A stretch of DNA of 40,202 nt, taken from IMG/VR virus record IMGVR_UViG_3300013121_000035, positions 1 through 40,202 of that record, one strand, 5' to 3'. Below are positions 16,696-25,867 of the stretch, in pieces; positions within the stretch are counted from its first letter, which is position 1; each line of letters begins with the position of its first letter. The notes beneath the pieces were generated by a model. It was not told the origin of the DNA and searched no databases. It worked only from the letters and a program-made list of their open reading frames with translations. The position numbers and the translations under genes were made by a program. This DNA is from a virus. Lineage: Duplodnaviria; Heunggongvirae; Uroviricota; Caudoviricetes.

Positions 16696-17474
16696 GCGCC
16701 AGCAGCCCCGGCCGCGGCACCTGGACCACCCGTGGCGGCACCGTCACCGCTGACGGCACCCAACCCGGCGTGTACTACGCGCTCGCCGCCGGCCGCCCCC
16801 TGGTCGGCCAGGCCAGCGGCAGTGTTGACCTGTGGGCCGTCAACCGTGGCGTGCGCGCCATCCAGACCGCCCTGGCACGCACCGGCCAGACCCTGACCAT
16901 CGACGGGATCTTCGGCCCGCGGACCAAAACGGCGGTCGTCGCGTTCCAGCAAACCCAAGGCGCCGTCCGCGTCGGCGCCGCCGACGGGGTCGTCGGCCCC
17001 CGCACCGCCACCTGGCTGTTCCTGGCCCACGTCAAGCTCATCCAGCAGCTGCTGGCGATCCCCAGCAACCTGCTGTACGGCCTGCTCGCCCACGAGAGCA
17101 GCTTCGACCCTGGCGCGGTCGGCGCCAACGTCGTCGCCCCCGCCGACCGGCTCCTGCCAGAAAACGACCTGTTGCGCGCCGGGGAACCAGCCGATCTGGG
17201 CATCGGCCAGCTCAACCTGTACTGGAATCCGGTGTGCACTCGCGACCAGGCGATGCAGCCGTTCCCGACCGGCGAGTGGCCCGGCACGATCCGCTTCGCC
17301 GGCAACCACCTCGCCGACGCGCTGGTGCACTACAAGCTGGTCGACGCCGCGATCTGCTCCTACAACAGCCCCGTCCGCGCCCAAGCGTGGGACACCACTG
17401 GCGCCGCCCCCGACGAGCGGGCCGCCAGCTACGTCGCGGCCGTGTGGACCCAAGCCAAGGCGTGCCCGCTATGA
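16692..17474 (+). CDS. endolysin-like protein: peptidoglycan-binding domain plus lytic transglycosylase
   Basis: VRAIQTAL...IDGIFGPRTKTAVVAFQ...DGVVGPRT, then HESSFDPGA, GIGQL, AICSYN. Confidence 0.85.
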   Translation: MSASSPGRGTWTTRGGTVTADGTQPGVYYALAAGRPLVGQASGSVDLWAVNRGVRAIQTALARTGQTLTIDGIFGPRTKTAVVAFQQTQGAVRVGAADGVVGPRTATWLFLAHVKLIQQLLAIPSNLLYGLLAHESSFDPGAVGANVVAPADRLLPENDLLRAGEPADLGIGQLNLYWNPVCTRDQAMQPFPTGEWPGTIRFAGNHLADALVHYKLVDAAICSYNSPVRAQAWDTTGAAPDERAASYVAAVWTQAKACPL

Positions 17475-18016
17475 GCGTCTTCGAGCACATCCAACGCCGC
17501 GCCCACCCCAACGCCTGGGACCACATCGCCCCAGGTGACATCGGCTATGACCGCGGAGGCGGCTTCGTTGGCTGGGCAATCGGCGTGTTCACCCGCACCG
17601 CCCAATCCCACTGCTACATCTACGTCGAACCCGGCGACGGCAGCTACTGGTGGACCCACGAGGCCCGCGGCGGCGGCCCACTCACCAAGTGCCGGCGCAC
17701 CCAGCCACCCAACAAGGTCCACCGCATCTGGCGCAACCGCGCCGAAGCCCAAGCCATCATCGCCGCCTCTGGGGACCTGCTGGGCCGCGGCTACGACTAC
17801 CGCGAGATCGTGCGGATCTGCCTGACCATGCTCGGCCTGCCCGTGCTTCGCGCCAAGGACAACGCCGGCAAGGTCATCTGCTCCAACCACGTCGCCCAGT
17901 GCGTCCAAGCCGCCCGGCCCGACATCCCGCTCAGCTACGAGCCCCACTCGATCTGGCCCGGCCGCCTGGCCGAAGACCTCGACGAGGCGACCTGGACCGA
18001 CGCTACGGCCCGTTGA
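17471..18016 (+). CDS. permuted papain-like NlpC/P60 peptidase (YiiX/YebB-like)
   Basis: PGD, SH, GRGYD, ICS with His preceding Cys. Confidence 0.75.
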   Translation: MSVFEHIQRRAHPNAWDHIAPGDIGYDRGGGFVGWAIGVFTRTAQSHCYIYVEPGDGSYWWTHEARGGGPLTKCRRTQPPNKVHRIWRNRAEAQAIIAASGDLLGRGYDYREIVRICLTMLGLPVLRAKDNAGKVICSNHVAQCVQAARPDIPLSYEPHSIWPGRLAEDLDEATWTDATAR

Positions 18017-18040
18017 TTCACCCTCGCGCCTGGCCGACAG
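18017..18040 (+). promoter_or_regulatory. putative sigma28/WhiG-like promoter TTCA-N12-GCCGACAG
   Basis: Motif match in the 58-nt gap before 18075. Confidence 0.6.
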
Positions 18041-18074
18041 AACCCGCAGAACCCCGATTGCCAGTGAGGTCTGC

Positions 18075-18419
18075 GTGCCCAAGCCAGCCACGCTCAACTT
18101 GGAGCTCTACCAGGGCGACTACTTCGAGCTGGCCGTCACGCTCTACGAGGTCGACGGGACCACCCCCAGGAACCTGACGGGCATGACGCCACGCGCCCAG
18201 GTTCGCACCACCGCGGAGGACTCCACCGTCCTGTTGGAGTTCGATATCACCATCGACGACGACCCCACCACCGGCCAGCTCACCCTCAGCGCCGCGTCCG
18301 CGCAGACCGCGCTGCTGCCCAAGAAGGCCGTGTGGGACTTCCAGCTCACCGACGCCGGCGACCGCACCCGCACCTACCTGCGCGGCAGTGTGGTGGCCAC
18401 CCGCGAGGTCACCCGCTGA
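18075..18419 (+). CDS. virion structural adaptor (LtfC/BppU-N-like), paralogue 1
   Basis: [25 protein letters not shown]; paralogous to 25502-25867. Confidence 0.7.
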   Translation: MPKPATLNLELYQGDYFELAVTLYEVDGTTPRNLTGMTPRAQVRTTAEDSTVLLEFDITIDDDPTTGQLTLSAASAQTALLPKKAVWDFQLTDAGDRTRTYLRGSVVATREVTR

Positions 18420-19453
18420 TGGCCGACCCTGACGTCGTCGTCAACGTCACCCAAGCTGGTGACAACGTGCTGTCGGCCGTCGCCGACGGTGACGTTGTCA
18501 TCCTCGTTGAGGAGGTCAGCGCCGGCCCGCCAGGGGCGCAAGGTGACCCGGGACCACCCGGGGAGCAGGGCGAACCTGGCCCGCCCGGCGAGCCTGGGGA
18601 GCAGGGCGAACCCGGTCCGCCTGGTGAGCCCGGCGAGCCCGGTGAGCCCGGCGCCCCCGGCGACAAGGGCGACAAGGGCGATCAGGGTGACCCTGGTCCG
18701 CAAGGCGACCCTGGTCCGCAAGGTGATCCCGGCCCAGAAGGCACGTTCTCGATGGTCAGCCTCGACGCCGACTTCGACGTCGACGCCGCACCCGCCGCCG
18801 ACTACGAGCTGCGACCCGAGATCGACTACGCGAGCGCCACCACCGCCGACGTCGGCTACGCGCTCAACCTCGCCAAGAAGAACATCAGCGCGGTGGTCGA
18901 CGTGCTGCACCGCGCGGTCAACGCCGCGCAAGGCCCCCAAGGTGACCCGGGGCCTCCTGGCGCGGCGGTCGACCCTGACGACTACATCTACGCCTGGCGC
19001 GAGGCCCCCTACACCCTGAGCGTCGTCGGCCAGACCTACCCGATGACCTGGGACACCGTCAACGACGACTACCTGGGCGCCTCCTTCGACGTCCCCGGCG
19101 TCGGCGACGGCTCCATCGTCGTGCGCGTCATCCAGCCAGGCTGGTTCGTCGTCGCCGGCCTGGTCAAGTTCGCCGCGACCAACAGCGACGACGACCAGGT
19201 CGGCGGCACCCGCGAGATCCTCATCTCCGGCAGCGGCGTGAGCGGCTGGAACGCCATCACCGTCCTGCCGAGCTCCCAGAGTCCCGTGCTCAGTGCCCAG
19301 GTCATCACCGAGGTCACCCAGGCAGACATCGACGCGTGGGATTCCAACAACCCCACGGCCGGCGCCAGTGTCGTACAGGTCAACGCCCGGCAGGTTACCG
19401 GCGGACCCCTGGACGTCATCAGCGCCGAGGTCATGGTCAAGAGGCTGACATGA
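18419..19453 (+). CDS. collagen-like fibre protein with C-terminal beta-sandwich head
   Basis: 24 uninterrupted Gly-X-Y triplets at 18524-18742 plus a short second run. Confidence 0.8.
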   Translation: MADPDVVVNVTQAGDNVLSAVADGDVVILVEEVSAGPPGAQGDPGPPGEQGEPGPPGEPGEQGEPGPPGEPGEPGEPGAPGDKGDKGDQGDPGPQGDPGPQGDPGPEGTFSMVSLDADFDVDAAPAADYELRPEIDYASATTADVGYALNLAKKNISAVVDVLHRAVNAAQGPQGDPGPPGAAVDPDDYIYAWREAPYTLSVVGQTYPMTWDTVNDDYLGASFDVPGVGDGSIVVRVIQPGWFVVAGLVKFAATNSDDDQVGGTREILISGSGVSGWNAITVLPSSQSPVLSAQVITEVTQADIDAWDSNNPTAGASVVQVNARQVTGGPLDVISAEVMVKRLT

Positions 19454-20145
19454 GCACCGACGAGTACCTCCACCGCAGCGTCGACCCCGAGACCGGCGAC
19501 GAGCAGGTCACCTGGACCGAGGTCGCCTCCGGCCCCCAAGGCGACCCCGGCCCCCAAGGCGACCCCGGCCCCCAAGGCGACCCCGGCCCGCCGGGGTCGG
19601 ATGCCACCAGCGCGTGGGTGCCACTGGGGGAGATCCTGCTGACCAGCAACGCCCAGCACACCGACTGGATCACCATCGACCCAGGCGGTGGCGGCACCGA
19701 CACCTACGAGGAGTTCCTGGTCTTTTGCGACTACACCGTCGGCTCCGGTGATCGCATGATGCTGCAGTTCAACGGGGACGTCGGCCAGAACTACTACGTG
19801 CGGTTCTTGTCCTCAGTCGCCGGCAGCGGCGGCAGCAGCACCACCCAGATCGGCCCCGAGTCCGGCATCCACCTGGCGCCCTGGTTCATCGCGCTGCGCC
19901 AGTCGTGCCTGCTGCACATCTCCAACACCAGCTTGCGGCAGAAGAAGGTCGCGTTCCTGGCGTGCAACCAGGAAACCGCGACCGACGCCACCTTCCCGAC
20001 GCTGGTCACCGCCGGCGAAGGCCACTGGCCCAATGCCAGCCGCATCTACCAGATGCGCCTGCAGACGTTCAACAACCAGTACGCGACCGCGCCGATCCGC
20101 ATCGTCGTCTCCGGCCGCAGCCGGATCAGCCGCACCGCCCCATGA
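19450..20145 (+). CDS. short collagen-like fibre/receptor-binding protein
   Basis: GPQGDP x3 then beta-rich domain. Confidence 0.7.
   Translation: MSTDEYLHRSVDPETGDEQVTWTEVASGPQGDPGPQGDPGPQGDPGPPGSDATSAWVPLGEILLTSNAQHTDWITIDPGGGGTDTYEEFLVFCDYTVGSGDRMMLQFNGDVGQNYYVRFLSSVAGSGGSSTTQIGPESGIHLAPWFIALRQSCLLHISNTSLRQKKVAFLACNQETATDATFPTLVTAGEGHWPNASRIYQMRLQTFNNQYATAPIRIVVSGRSRISRTAP
19531..19584 (+). repeat. perfect 18-bp tandem repeat GGCCCCCAAGGCGACCCC x3
   Basis: Three identical copies encoding GPQGDP. Confidence 0.9.
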
Positions 20146-21662
20146 GCAGCCCACTCAAAATGGGTTCGGGTCTGGCCGAGATCAACGCCATGAGCGAACA
20201 GGCCGCGATGCACGCCCCCTACAAGATCGTCAAGGACGGCGACCAGTGGTGCGTGCTGAACAACCTCGGCGAGGTCAAAGCCCGGTTCAAGACCCACGCG
20301 AAGGCGATGGCGTACATGGCTGCCCTGTACCGCAACGTCCCCGGCGCCGCCGCCAAGGCTGCTCGGACACCCTGGACCGGCCGCGCCGGCAAGAGCGGCA
20401 AGAGCGAAGCTGCCGCGCGTGACCCCAAGAAGCCCTACGGTGACGTGACCTACGCCGACCCCGGCTACCAGGACGACGGCAAGAAGCGCTACCCGCTGGA
20501 CACCGCCGACCACGTTCGCGCAGCCTGGTCCTACATCAACCAGCCGGGCAACGCCGCCAAGTACACCGGCACCCAGCTCGCGCTCATCAAGGGTCGCATC
20601 CGCGCCGCCGCCCGCCGTTTCAATGTCGCCATCAGCAGCGGCAAGGAAGCGGCGGGGCTCGGGTCCCCGGCGCCGGCGGCCCGCGGCGCCCCGCCGGCGC
20701 CGGGCACCACGCCCGCACCCGTCATCACGCTCCCGGCGGTGCCGGTCGGCACGACCAGCAGCTCGGCCAACCACACCTTCAGTGGTGTGACCACCACCGG
20801 GCAGCCAGTGATCGTCACCGTCAGCGGCACGACACCAGCAACGCCCGTTGCCAGCGTCGAGACGGCCGACAGTCACGCACCGTCGGCGATCCTGACCGAG
20901 ATCGGCGGACGCACCCTGCTGACCACCTCGGCCCGCGTCGTCACCGACCCGGCCCAGGTTCCCCGGGAACTCGCCGCTGCCTACGAGCAGGCCGCCAAGG
21001 CCAACCCCGAGCTGGTCTGGCTCACCGGCCGGTTCGTGGAAGCCGAACGCGCCAACCGCAACGGCGCCTACTGGACCACCCAGGACCTCGAATTCGGCGA
21101 GACGTCCGTACGCAATGGCCCGCTCAACTGGCTGCACGATGCCACCCGTGTCATCGGCACCCTCACCGACGCCAAGCTGTTCTACCCAGAAGTCGCCGGC
21201 GATCGCGCTCATATCGTCGCCCAAGCCGCCATCTGGCCGTGGCTATATCCCGGCGAAACCGATCTGATCCGCACCTGCAGTGACGCCGGCAAGCTGTGGT
21301 TCAGCATGGAATGCCGCGCGCAGACCGTGCGCTGCGAAACCTCCGGTGACGGCGAGCGGGTCGGCTGCGGGCGGGAGTTCACCAGCGCCGACGTCTACGA
21401 CCACCCCGAGCGGTCCTGCCAACATCTGCGCGAGCGCAGCAGCCAGCGGCGCATGGTCAACCCGACCTTCTACGGCGGCGCGGTCATCCTGCCGCCCGCC
21501 CAGCCGGGTTGGGCCGGCGCCGACGTCCGCCTGGCCAGCGAAGCCGCCAGCCTTGCCGAAGCCACCGCCGCGTCCGCGTTGCGCGAAGGGCTTGGTGACG
21601 CCGAATGGGAAGGCGTCATGGGCCAAGTCGTCCGGTTCGCCCACGCCCGCGAGGCCCGCTGA
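20142..21662 (+). CDS. multi-domain capsid maturation protease candidate
   Basis: DUF6582-like segment (KPYGDVTYADPG...RYPLDTADHVRAAWSYIN), Pro/Thr linker, then ANRNG...PLNWLH...FSMEC domain; position before scaffold and capsid. Confidence 0.6.
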   Translation: MSSPLKMGSGLAEINAMSEQAAMHAPYKIVKDGDQWCVLNNLGEVKARFKTHAKAMAYMAALYRNVPGAAAKAARTPWTGRAGKSGKSEAAARDPKKPYGDVTYADPGYQDDGKKRYPLDTADHVRAAWSYINQPGNAAKYTGTQLALIKGRIRAAARRFNVAISSGKEAAGLGSPAPAARGAPPAPGTTPAPVITLPAVPVGTTSSSANHTFSGVTTTGQPVIVTVSGTTPATPVASVETADSHAPSAILTEIGGRTLLTTSARVVTDPAQVPRELAAAYEQAAKANPELVWLTGRFVEAERANRNGAYWTTQDLEFGETSVRNGPLNWLHDATRVIGTLTDAKLFYPEVAGDRAHIVAQAAIWPWLYPGETDLIRTCSDAGKLWFSMECRAQTVRCETSGDGERVGCGREFTSADVYDHPERSCQHLRERSSQRRMVNPTFYGGAVILPPAQPGWAGADVRLASEAASLAEATAASALREGLGDAEWEGVMGQVVRFAHAREAR

Positions 21663-21688
21663 CCACCCCCCGCGGCCTCGCAGCTCAA

Positions 21689-21712
21689 TTCCTCAGCCCC
21701 GCCTGGCGAGAC
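21689..21712 (+). promoter_or_regulatory. degenerate copy of promoter motif TTCC-N12-GGCGAGAC
   Basis: One mismatch per box, same spacing, upstream of scaffold-capsid genes. Confidence 0.35.
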
Positions 21713-21805
21713 ACCGGCCAGAGCGCACTGCCGTGCGCTTAGCCGTCAGCCCACCAGCTGGCGGCGCCAGCCCCAGCTCGAAAGACGCCGGCAGAGGGAG
21801 GACCA

Positions 21806-22390
21806 GTGGCCGAGCGCACCTTCACGGAGGAGCAGTTCAACACGCTGCTCGAAGCGACGGTCGAGCGCGAGGTGGCGGCGGCCAACGAGAAGATCGCCGC
21901 GTTGGAGCAGGCGAATGCTGACCTGCAGGAGAAGGTGGCCACCACGGTCACCGACACCGACAAGGTCAAGCAGGACCTGACCCAGCGGGTCGACACCCTC
22001 GAAGCCGAGAAGCTCGCCGCCCAAGCCGACCGCGACCGCATCCAGGCCGAATTCGACCAGTTCAAGGCGGACGCAACCGCCAAGGAGCAGGCCGCAGCCC
22101 GCCGCGACGCCCGCGTCGCCGAGATGCGCGAGGCCGCCAAGGGCCTCAAGGACGACTATTTCACCGCCGAGCGGGCCGACCGCTGGGCGCAGCTGGACGA
22201 CGAGGCGTTCTCCGCCCACAAGGCCGAGCTCGCCGCGATCGCCGGCGCGCTCACCCCGGCCGGAGACGACACCAAGCCACCGCGGGAGACCGCGATGGCC
22301 GGTCAGACCCCCAAGCCCAAGGACTCCGAGCAGCCAAGCGCCCTGTCGCGGCTGCTGTTCGGCGCCCCGACCCCCGCGCGGGAGGTGTAA
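21806..22390 (+). CDS. scaffolding-like coiled-coil protein
   Basis: RBS GGGAGGA; long charged coiled coil; position. Confidence 0.6.
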   Translation: MAERTFTEEQFNTLLEATVEREVAAANEKIAALEQANADLQEKVATTVTDTDKVKQDLTQRVDTLEAEKLAAQADRDRIQAEFDQFKADATAKEQAAARRDARVAEMREAAKGLKDDYFTAERADRWAQLDDEAFSAHKAELAAIAGALTPAGDDTKPPRETAMAGQTPKPKDSEQPSALSRLLFGAPTPAREV

Positions 22391-22396
22391 CGACAA

Positions 22397-22954
22397 GTGG
22401 CGAGCAACTACGGTCCCAACTTCGGGATTCGCAGAGCCGACGAGCACAACGCCATCCGCGAGGGCCGATTCAAGACCCCCGTGGGCGGCACCCCGCTCCT
22501 CCTCGGCACCTGCGTCGAGATCGACCCGGACAACCCGGGCTTCCTGCGCCAGGGCGCCAGCGATGGCGGCACCGAAGCGCGGTCGGGAGCGTCCGGCCTG
22601 CTCGTGTCCGAAGACCAGTTCCTGCAGTCGGTGTTCTCCACCGGCGCCGGCCAGGTCTCCGGCTACGACTTCTACGCGCTCGGCCGGGCACCGCTCGGCA
22701 AGTACGCCGTGATCCTCAGCGGCACCGGCGCCAAGGTCTGGCTGCGCAACACCGCAACCAAGACCATCGGCGGCCGCACGATCACCGGCGTGACCATGTT
22801 CGCCGGCACACCCGACGTCGGCGACCGGCTCGGCTGGAACGGCAGCGCGTGGGCGGTCAACGCCACCGCCGCACAGCAGTTCATGGAAGTCGTGCTCGTC
22901 AAGCGCGACCCGGCCTACGACCTCGACCACATCGAGGCCGTTCTTCTCGTCTGA
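22397..22954 (+). CDS. capsid decoration/minor head protein
   Basis: RBS GGAGGTG; directly before major capsid gene. Confidence 0.55.
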   Translation: MASNYGPNFGIRRADEHNAIREGRFKTPVGGTPLLLGTCVEIDPDNPGFLRQGASDGGTEARSGASGLLVSEDQFLQSVFSTGAGQVSGYDFYALGRAPLGKYAVILSGTGAKVWLRNTATKTIGGRTITGVTMFAGTPDVGDRLGWNGSAWAVNATAAQQFMEVVLVKRDPAYDLDHIEAVLLV

Positions 22955-22973
22955 AAAGGGGGTGCGAACACCA

Positions 22974-23930
22974 ATGACCACGGCAACTCACCAGCTCATC
23001 CACACGCCGCGCGTCGACGCCTTCGGCCGCACTCCCGCAGAGCGCGCCGAACACCAGCGGCTGTGCGACGAGGTCAACGCCGAGGCTGCCAAGAACTGGC
23101 ACGACCCCGCATGGCGGCGCGAGATGGCCGCACAGCTCACGACCTCGATCCAGTACGGCTTCGAGTTCGAGTCGCTGTTCCAGACCTACCTGGACGTGCG
23201 CAACGTCGGCTTCAACGACCAGGTCATCATCCGCGAGACCCGCGGCCTCCAGGCGTTCTGGACCGCGCGGGGCGGCTACATCGAGGAAAGCCAGCTCCGG
23301 CACGACGTCTTCGAGATCCCCAGGGACATGCTCGGCTTCCACGTCAGCGAGCACGAAGACAAGCTGCAGGTCAACTTCGCGGAGTCCATCGCGGAGCTTC
23401 GCCGCCTGGCGATCATCCGCATGGACGCCGAGATCAACCGGCGGATGGTCGACTTGCTGCGCGCCTCCATCGGCGTGGGCAGCCCGTACTACTCCTCGGC
23501 CAGCAGCGTCGGCAAGACCGCCGTGGACGCCGCAGTCCGGGCCGTACGCGACGCCGAACCAGGCGGCGCGCCGGTCACGATCATCGGCCGCTCCACGATG
23601 GTGGACCAGATCTCCGACTTCGAGGGCTTCGGTCCCGAAGCGCAGGAGGAGATCCGCCAGCGCGGACGCCTCGGCGTGTACCGCGGTGCCAACATCGTCG
23701 CGCTCAACAACTACCTCGACGAGGACGGCATCCCCTACCTTCCGGCCAACGAGATGTGGGTCATCTCCGGGTCGGTCGGCACGTTCGCCTTCTACGGGCC
23801 GCTGCAGAACAAGCAGGGCGCCGAGGCGTTCAACTGGTACTACCACTACCTCGGCCGGCGTGACGTCGGCGGCGCGATCCTGCACCCTGAGAGGGCGCGC
23901 CGGGTGATTGACACGTCGATCACCCCGTAA
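22974..23930 (+). CDS. major capsid protein
   Basis: About 318 aa, very strong codon bias, followed by twin hairpins; position after scaffold and decoration genes. Confidence 0.75.
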   Translation: MTTATHQLIHTPRVDAFGRTPAERAEHQRLCDEVNAEAAKNWHDPAWRREMAAQLTTSIQYGFEFESLFQTYLDVRNVGFNDQVIIRETRGLQAFWTARGGYIEESQLRHDVFEIPRDMLGFHVSEHEDKLQVNFAESIAELRRLAIIRMDAEINRRMVDLLRASIGVGSPYYSSASSVGKTAVDAAVRAVRDAEPGGAPVTIIGRSTMVDQISDFEGFGPEAQEEIRQRGRLGVYRGANIVALNNYLDEDGIPYLPANEMWVISGSVGTFAFYGPLQNKQGAEAFNWYYHYLGRRDVGGAILHPERARRVIDTSITP

Positions 23931-23933
23931 TAA

Positions 23934-24022
23934 TCCCTGCGGCGATCTCCGCATGAAGGATCGCCGCAGGGAGGGAAGTCGAACAGACCCGGGACGTCAC
24001 TCGCTCCGTCCCGGGTCTGTTC
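23934..24022. terminator. two tandem hairpins, likely bidirectional terminator
   Basis: 14-bp stem 23934-23947/23959-23972 and 16-bp stem 23981-23996/24007-24022. Confidence 0.75.
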
Positions 24023-24026
24023 ACGT

Positions 24027-24170
24027 TCACGGATCGTCGCGTTGGATCTCGACGTCTCGCGGCGCGGTGATCCCCACTCGGACCTGCCCGCCGCGCACCT
24101 CCAGCACGGTCACGACCACATCCGGCCCGATCGTCAGGCTCTCGCCGACCCGGCGGGTGAGGACAAGCAC
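24027..24170 (-). CDS. csrA: CsrA/RsmA RNA-binding translational regulator, 47 aa (not in ORF track)
   Basis: RBS GGGAGG, GTG; [47 protein letters not shown] aligns without gaps to E. coli CsrA 1-47 including R44. Confidence 0.9.
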   Translation of the reverse strand: MLVLTRRVGESLTIGPDVVVTVLEVRGGQVRVGITAPRDVEIQRDDP

Positions 24171-24183
24171 GGCAACCTCCCTG

Positions 24184-24573
24184 CTAGGACGGTGTCGTGG
24201 GCTCCACCGCGGTCGTCTCCGGGTGCGCGTGGCGGATCGCCCACAGCTCCGGCGGCGGGGGAGTGTGCAGCGAGCCGACCGGCTCGCCGCGCTGCGCGTA
24301 GCCGACCCACGCCAGCAGCAGCTGCTTGGTGAGCCGGTTCACCCGCAGATCCGGCAGGACCCGATGGTGGCGGGTGGCGTTGATCAGCCGGTGGGTCTCC
24401 GAATGGGTCGTCGGGCACACCAGCACCGTGTTCTCCCGCACATCCGGCCCGCCCATCCCCAACGGCCACACATGGTGGAACTCCACCAGATGCACCGGCG
24501 GCGCGTGGTTGGTCACACACGCGCACCGTGCCAGCGGGTGCACCAACGCCCAACGACTAGTCATACCCCACAT
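24184..24573 (-). CDS. HNH endonuclease
   Basis: CACVTNH...[31 protein letters not shown]; start 24573 or 24564. Confidence 0.75.
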   Translation of the reverse strand: MWGMTSRWALVHPLARCACVTNHAPPVHLVEFHHVWPLGMGGPDVRENTVLVCPTTHSETHRLINATRHHRVLPDLRVNRLTKQLLLAWVGYAQRGEPVGSLHTPPPPELWAIRHAHPETTAVEPTTPS

Positions 24574-24595
24574 ATCGGTCGCGGCGTCGACTGCA

Positions 24596-24619
24596 TTCAG
24601 TCCTCGCGGCTGCCGAGGG
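24596..24619 (+). promoter_or_regulatory. putative sigma28/WhiG-like promoter TTCA-N12-GCCGAGGG
   Basis: Motif match upstream of 24661. Confidence 0.6.
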
Positions 24620-24660
24620 ACCAGCAGGTAGGAACAGGACCTGAGCGAGTAGGAGCACCA

Positions 24661-25164
24661 ATGGAACGGATGCCACTGGAAGTGTGGGAGACCGCCACTG
24701 ACAGCACCGTGTTCGTGGCACGCACCGACCAGTTCGGCCGCGAAACCCTCCAAGGCGTCGGTGGGCGCGTCGGCGCCAAGCTGCAGATCACCGTCGAAGA
24801 CCGCGAGTACAACCAGCAGAAAGCCGCCGACCCCTCCCTGGACCCGTTCCTCAACGGGCTGCTCAGCCCCGTCAAGGTCCACGGCGCCCCCGAGCAGATC
24901 GCCAGCCCCAACGCGCTGTCGCGCGCGGAGATGGTCGCCGTTTTTGCCAAGACCGGCCGCGCGTTCCACGCCGCGCTGGACCGCATCACCAGCGAAGTCA
25001 CCCTGCGGACCCTGCGCCGCGTCGCCAGCGAAGTCGACGCCAAGCAATCCCAGATCGCCGAGCTCGACCGCCGCCTGGAACCGTTCACCGTCGTCGGCAA
25101 GCAGCAGAGCGTCTACAAGGAACTGCAACCCGAAGGGCCACGCCCGCACGCCACCGTCGAATAG
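24661..25164 (+). CDS. hypothetical protein
   Basis: RBS TAGGAG; 167 aa; strong codon bias. Confidence 0.75.
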   Translation: MERMPLEVWETATDSTVFVARTDQFGRETLQGVGGRVGAKLQITVEDREYNQQKAADPSLDPFLNGLLSPVKVHGAPEQIASPNALSRAEMVAVFAKTGRAFHAALDRITSEVTLRTLRRVASEVDAKQSQIAELDRRLEPFTVVGKQQSVYKELQPEGPRPHATVE

Positions 25165-25182
25165 CCCAAGGAGGAGGGTGTC

Positions 25183-25407
25183 CTGGCCGCCAAGTTCAGC
25201 GACGCCCGCTTCCTTCGCGCCTTCCACGGCTGGGCGACCATCACCTGGGCGGTGCTGATCGTCCCGTCAGTGCTGTGGTGGCGTTCCTCCCTGCCGTGGA
25301 TCGTGCTCATGAGCGTGTGGGCCAACCTGGCCGGCCACTGGTCCAGCTGGCAGGCCAGCCGCGTCGAAGTCAAAGAAGACGAGCGCGACGCAGGCTCCCA
25401 ACCCTGA
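25183..25407 (+). CDS. Trp-rich small membrane protein, probable CTG start (not in ORF track)
   Basis: RBS AAGGAGGAGG; LAAKFSDARFLRAFHGWATITWAVLIVPSVLWWRSSLPWIVLMSVWANLAGHWSSWQASR. Confidence 0.6.
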   Translation: MAAKFSDARFLRAFHGWATITWAVLIVPSVLWWRSSLPWIVLMSVWANLAGHWSSWQASRVEVKEDERDAGSQP

Positions 25408-25438
25408 GCTTCGCGCCACACCGCTGCTCCCGGTCGAT

Positions 25439-25461
25439 TTCGACCCTCCCGCCGCCGACCT
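25439..25461 (+). promoter_or_regulatory. putative promoter TTCG-N11-GCCGACCT
   Basis: Near match, spacer 1 nt shorter, upstream of 25502. Confidence 0.45.
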
Positions 25462-25501
25462 CCAGTGAGGAGAGCGACAGCGGCGGGAGGCGGAGCGGCG
25501 C

Positions 25502-25867
25502 GTGGCAGCACCACCTGTGAGCAGCGACCTGGAAATCATGCAGGGCGCTGACCTGTCGTTGCTGGTCACCTACACCGACGACGACGGTGAGCCGTTCGAC
25601 CTGACCGGCTGGACCGCGCGGATGCAGGTGCGCGGCAGCTACAACGACACCAGCGCCGCGATCGACATCTCCACCACCCCCAACGACCAGGGCCGCATCG
25701 ACATCGACCTGCCCACCGGCACCCTGGCCGTGGCGATCGTCGCGGCCGCGACCGCGACCGTCACCCGCGAACGCAACGTGTGGGACCTGTTCGTCTACGG
25801 CCCCGCCGGCCAGGTCGAAACGCTGGTTCGCGGTGAGGCCACGCTGCTGCGGCGGGTGACCCGATGA
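25502..25867 (+). CDS. virion structural adaptor (LtfC/BppU-N-like), paralogue 2
   Basis: IMQGAD, DLTGWTARMQVR, VWD, RRVTR. Confidence 0.7.
   Translation: MAAPPVSSDLEIMQGADLSLLVTYTDDDGEPFDLTGWTARMQVRGSYNDTSAAIDISTTPNDQGRIDIDLPTGTLAVAIVAAATATVTRERNVWDLFVYGPAGQVETLVRGEATLLRRVTR

Noticed and set aside
19531-19584. Tandem repeats as a possible CRISPR array or mobile-element end
   Set aside because: No spacers; in-frame collagen repeats
24042-24332. 96-aa plus-strand ORF in the track
   Set aside because: Antisense shadow of csrA and the HNH gene
23908-24660. Upstream extension of ORF 23908-25164
   Set aside because: Crosses terminator hairpins and two minus-strand genes; real start is ATG 24661 with RBS
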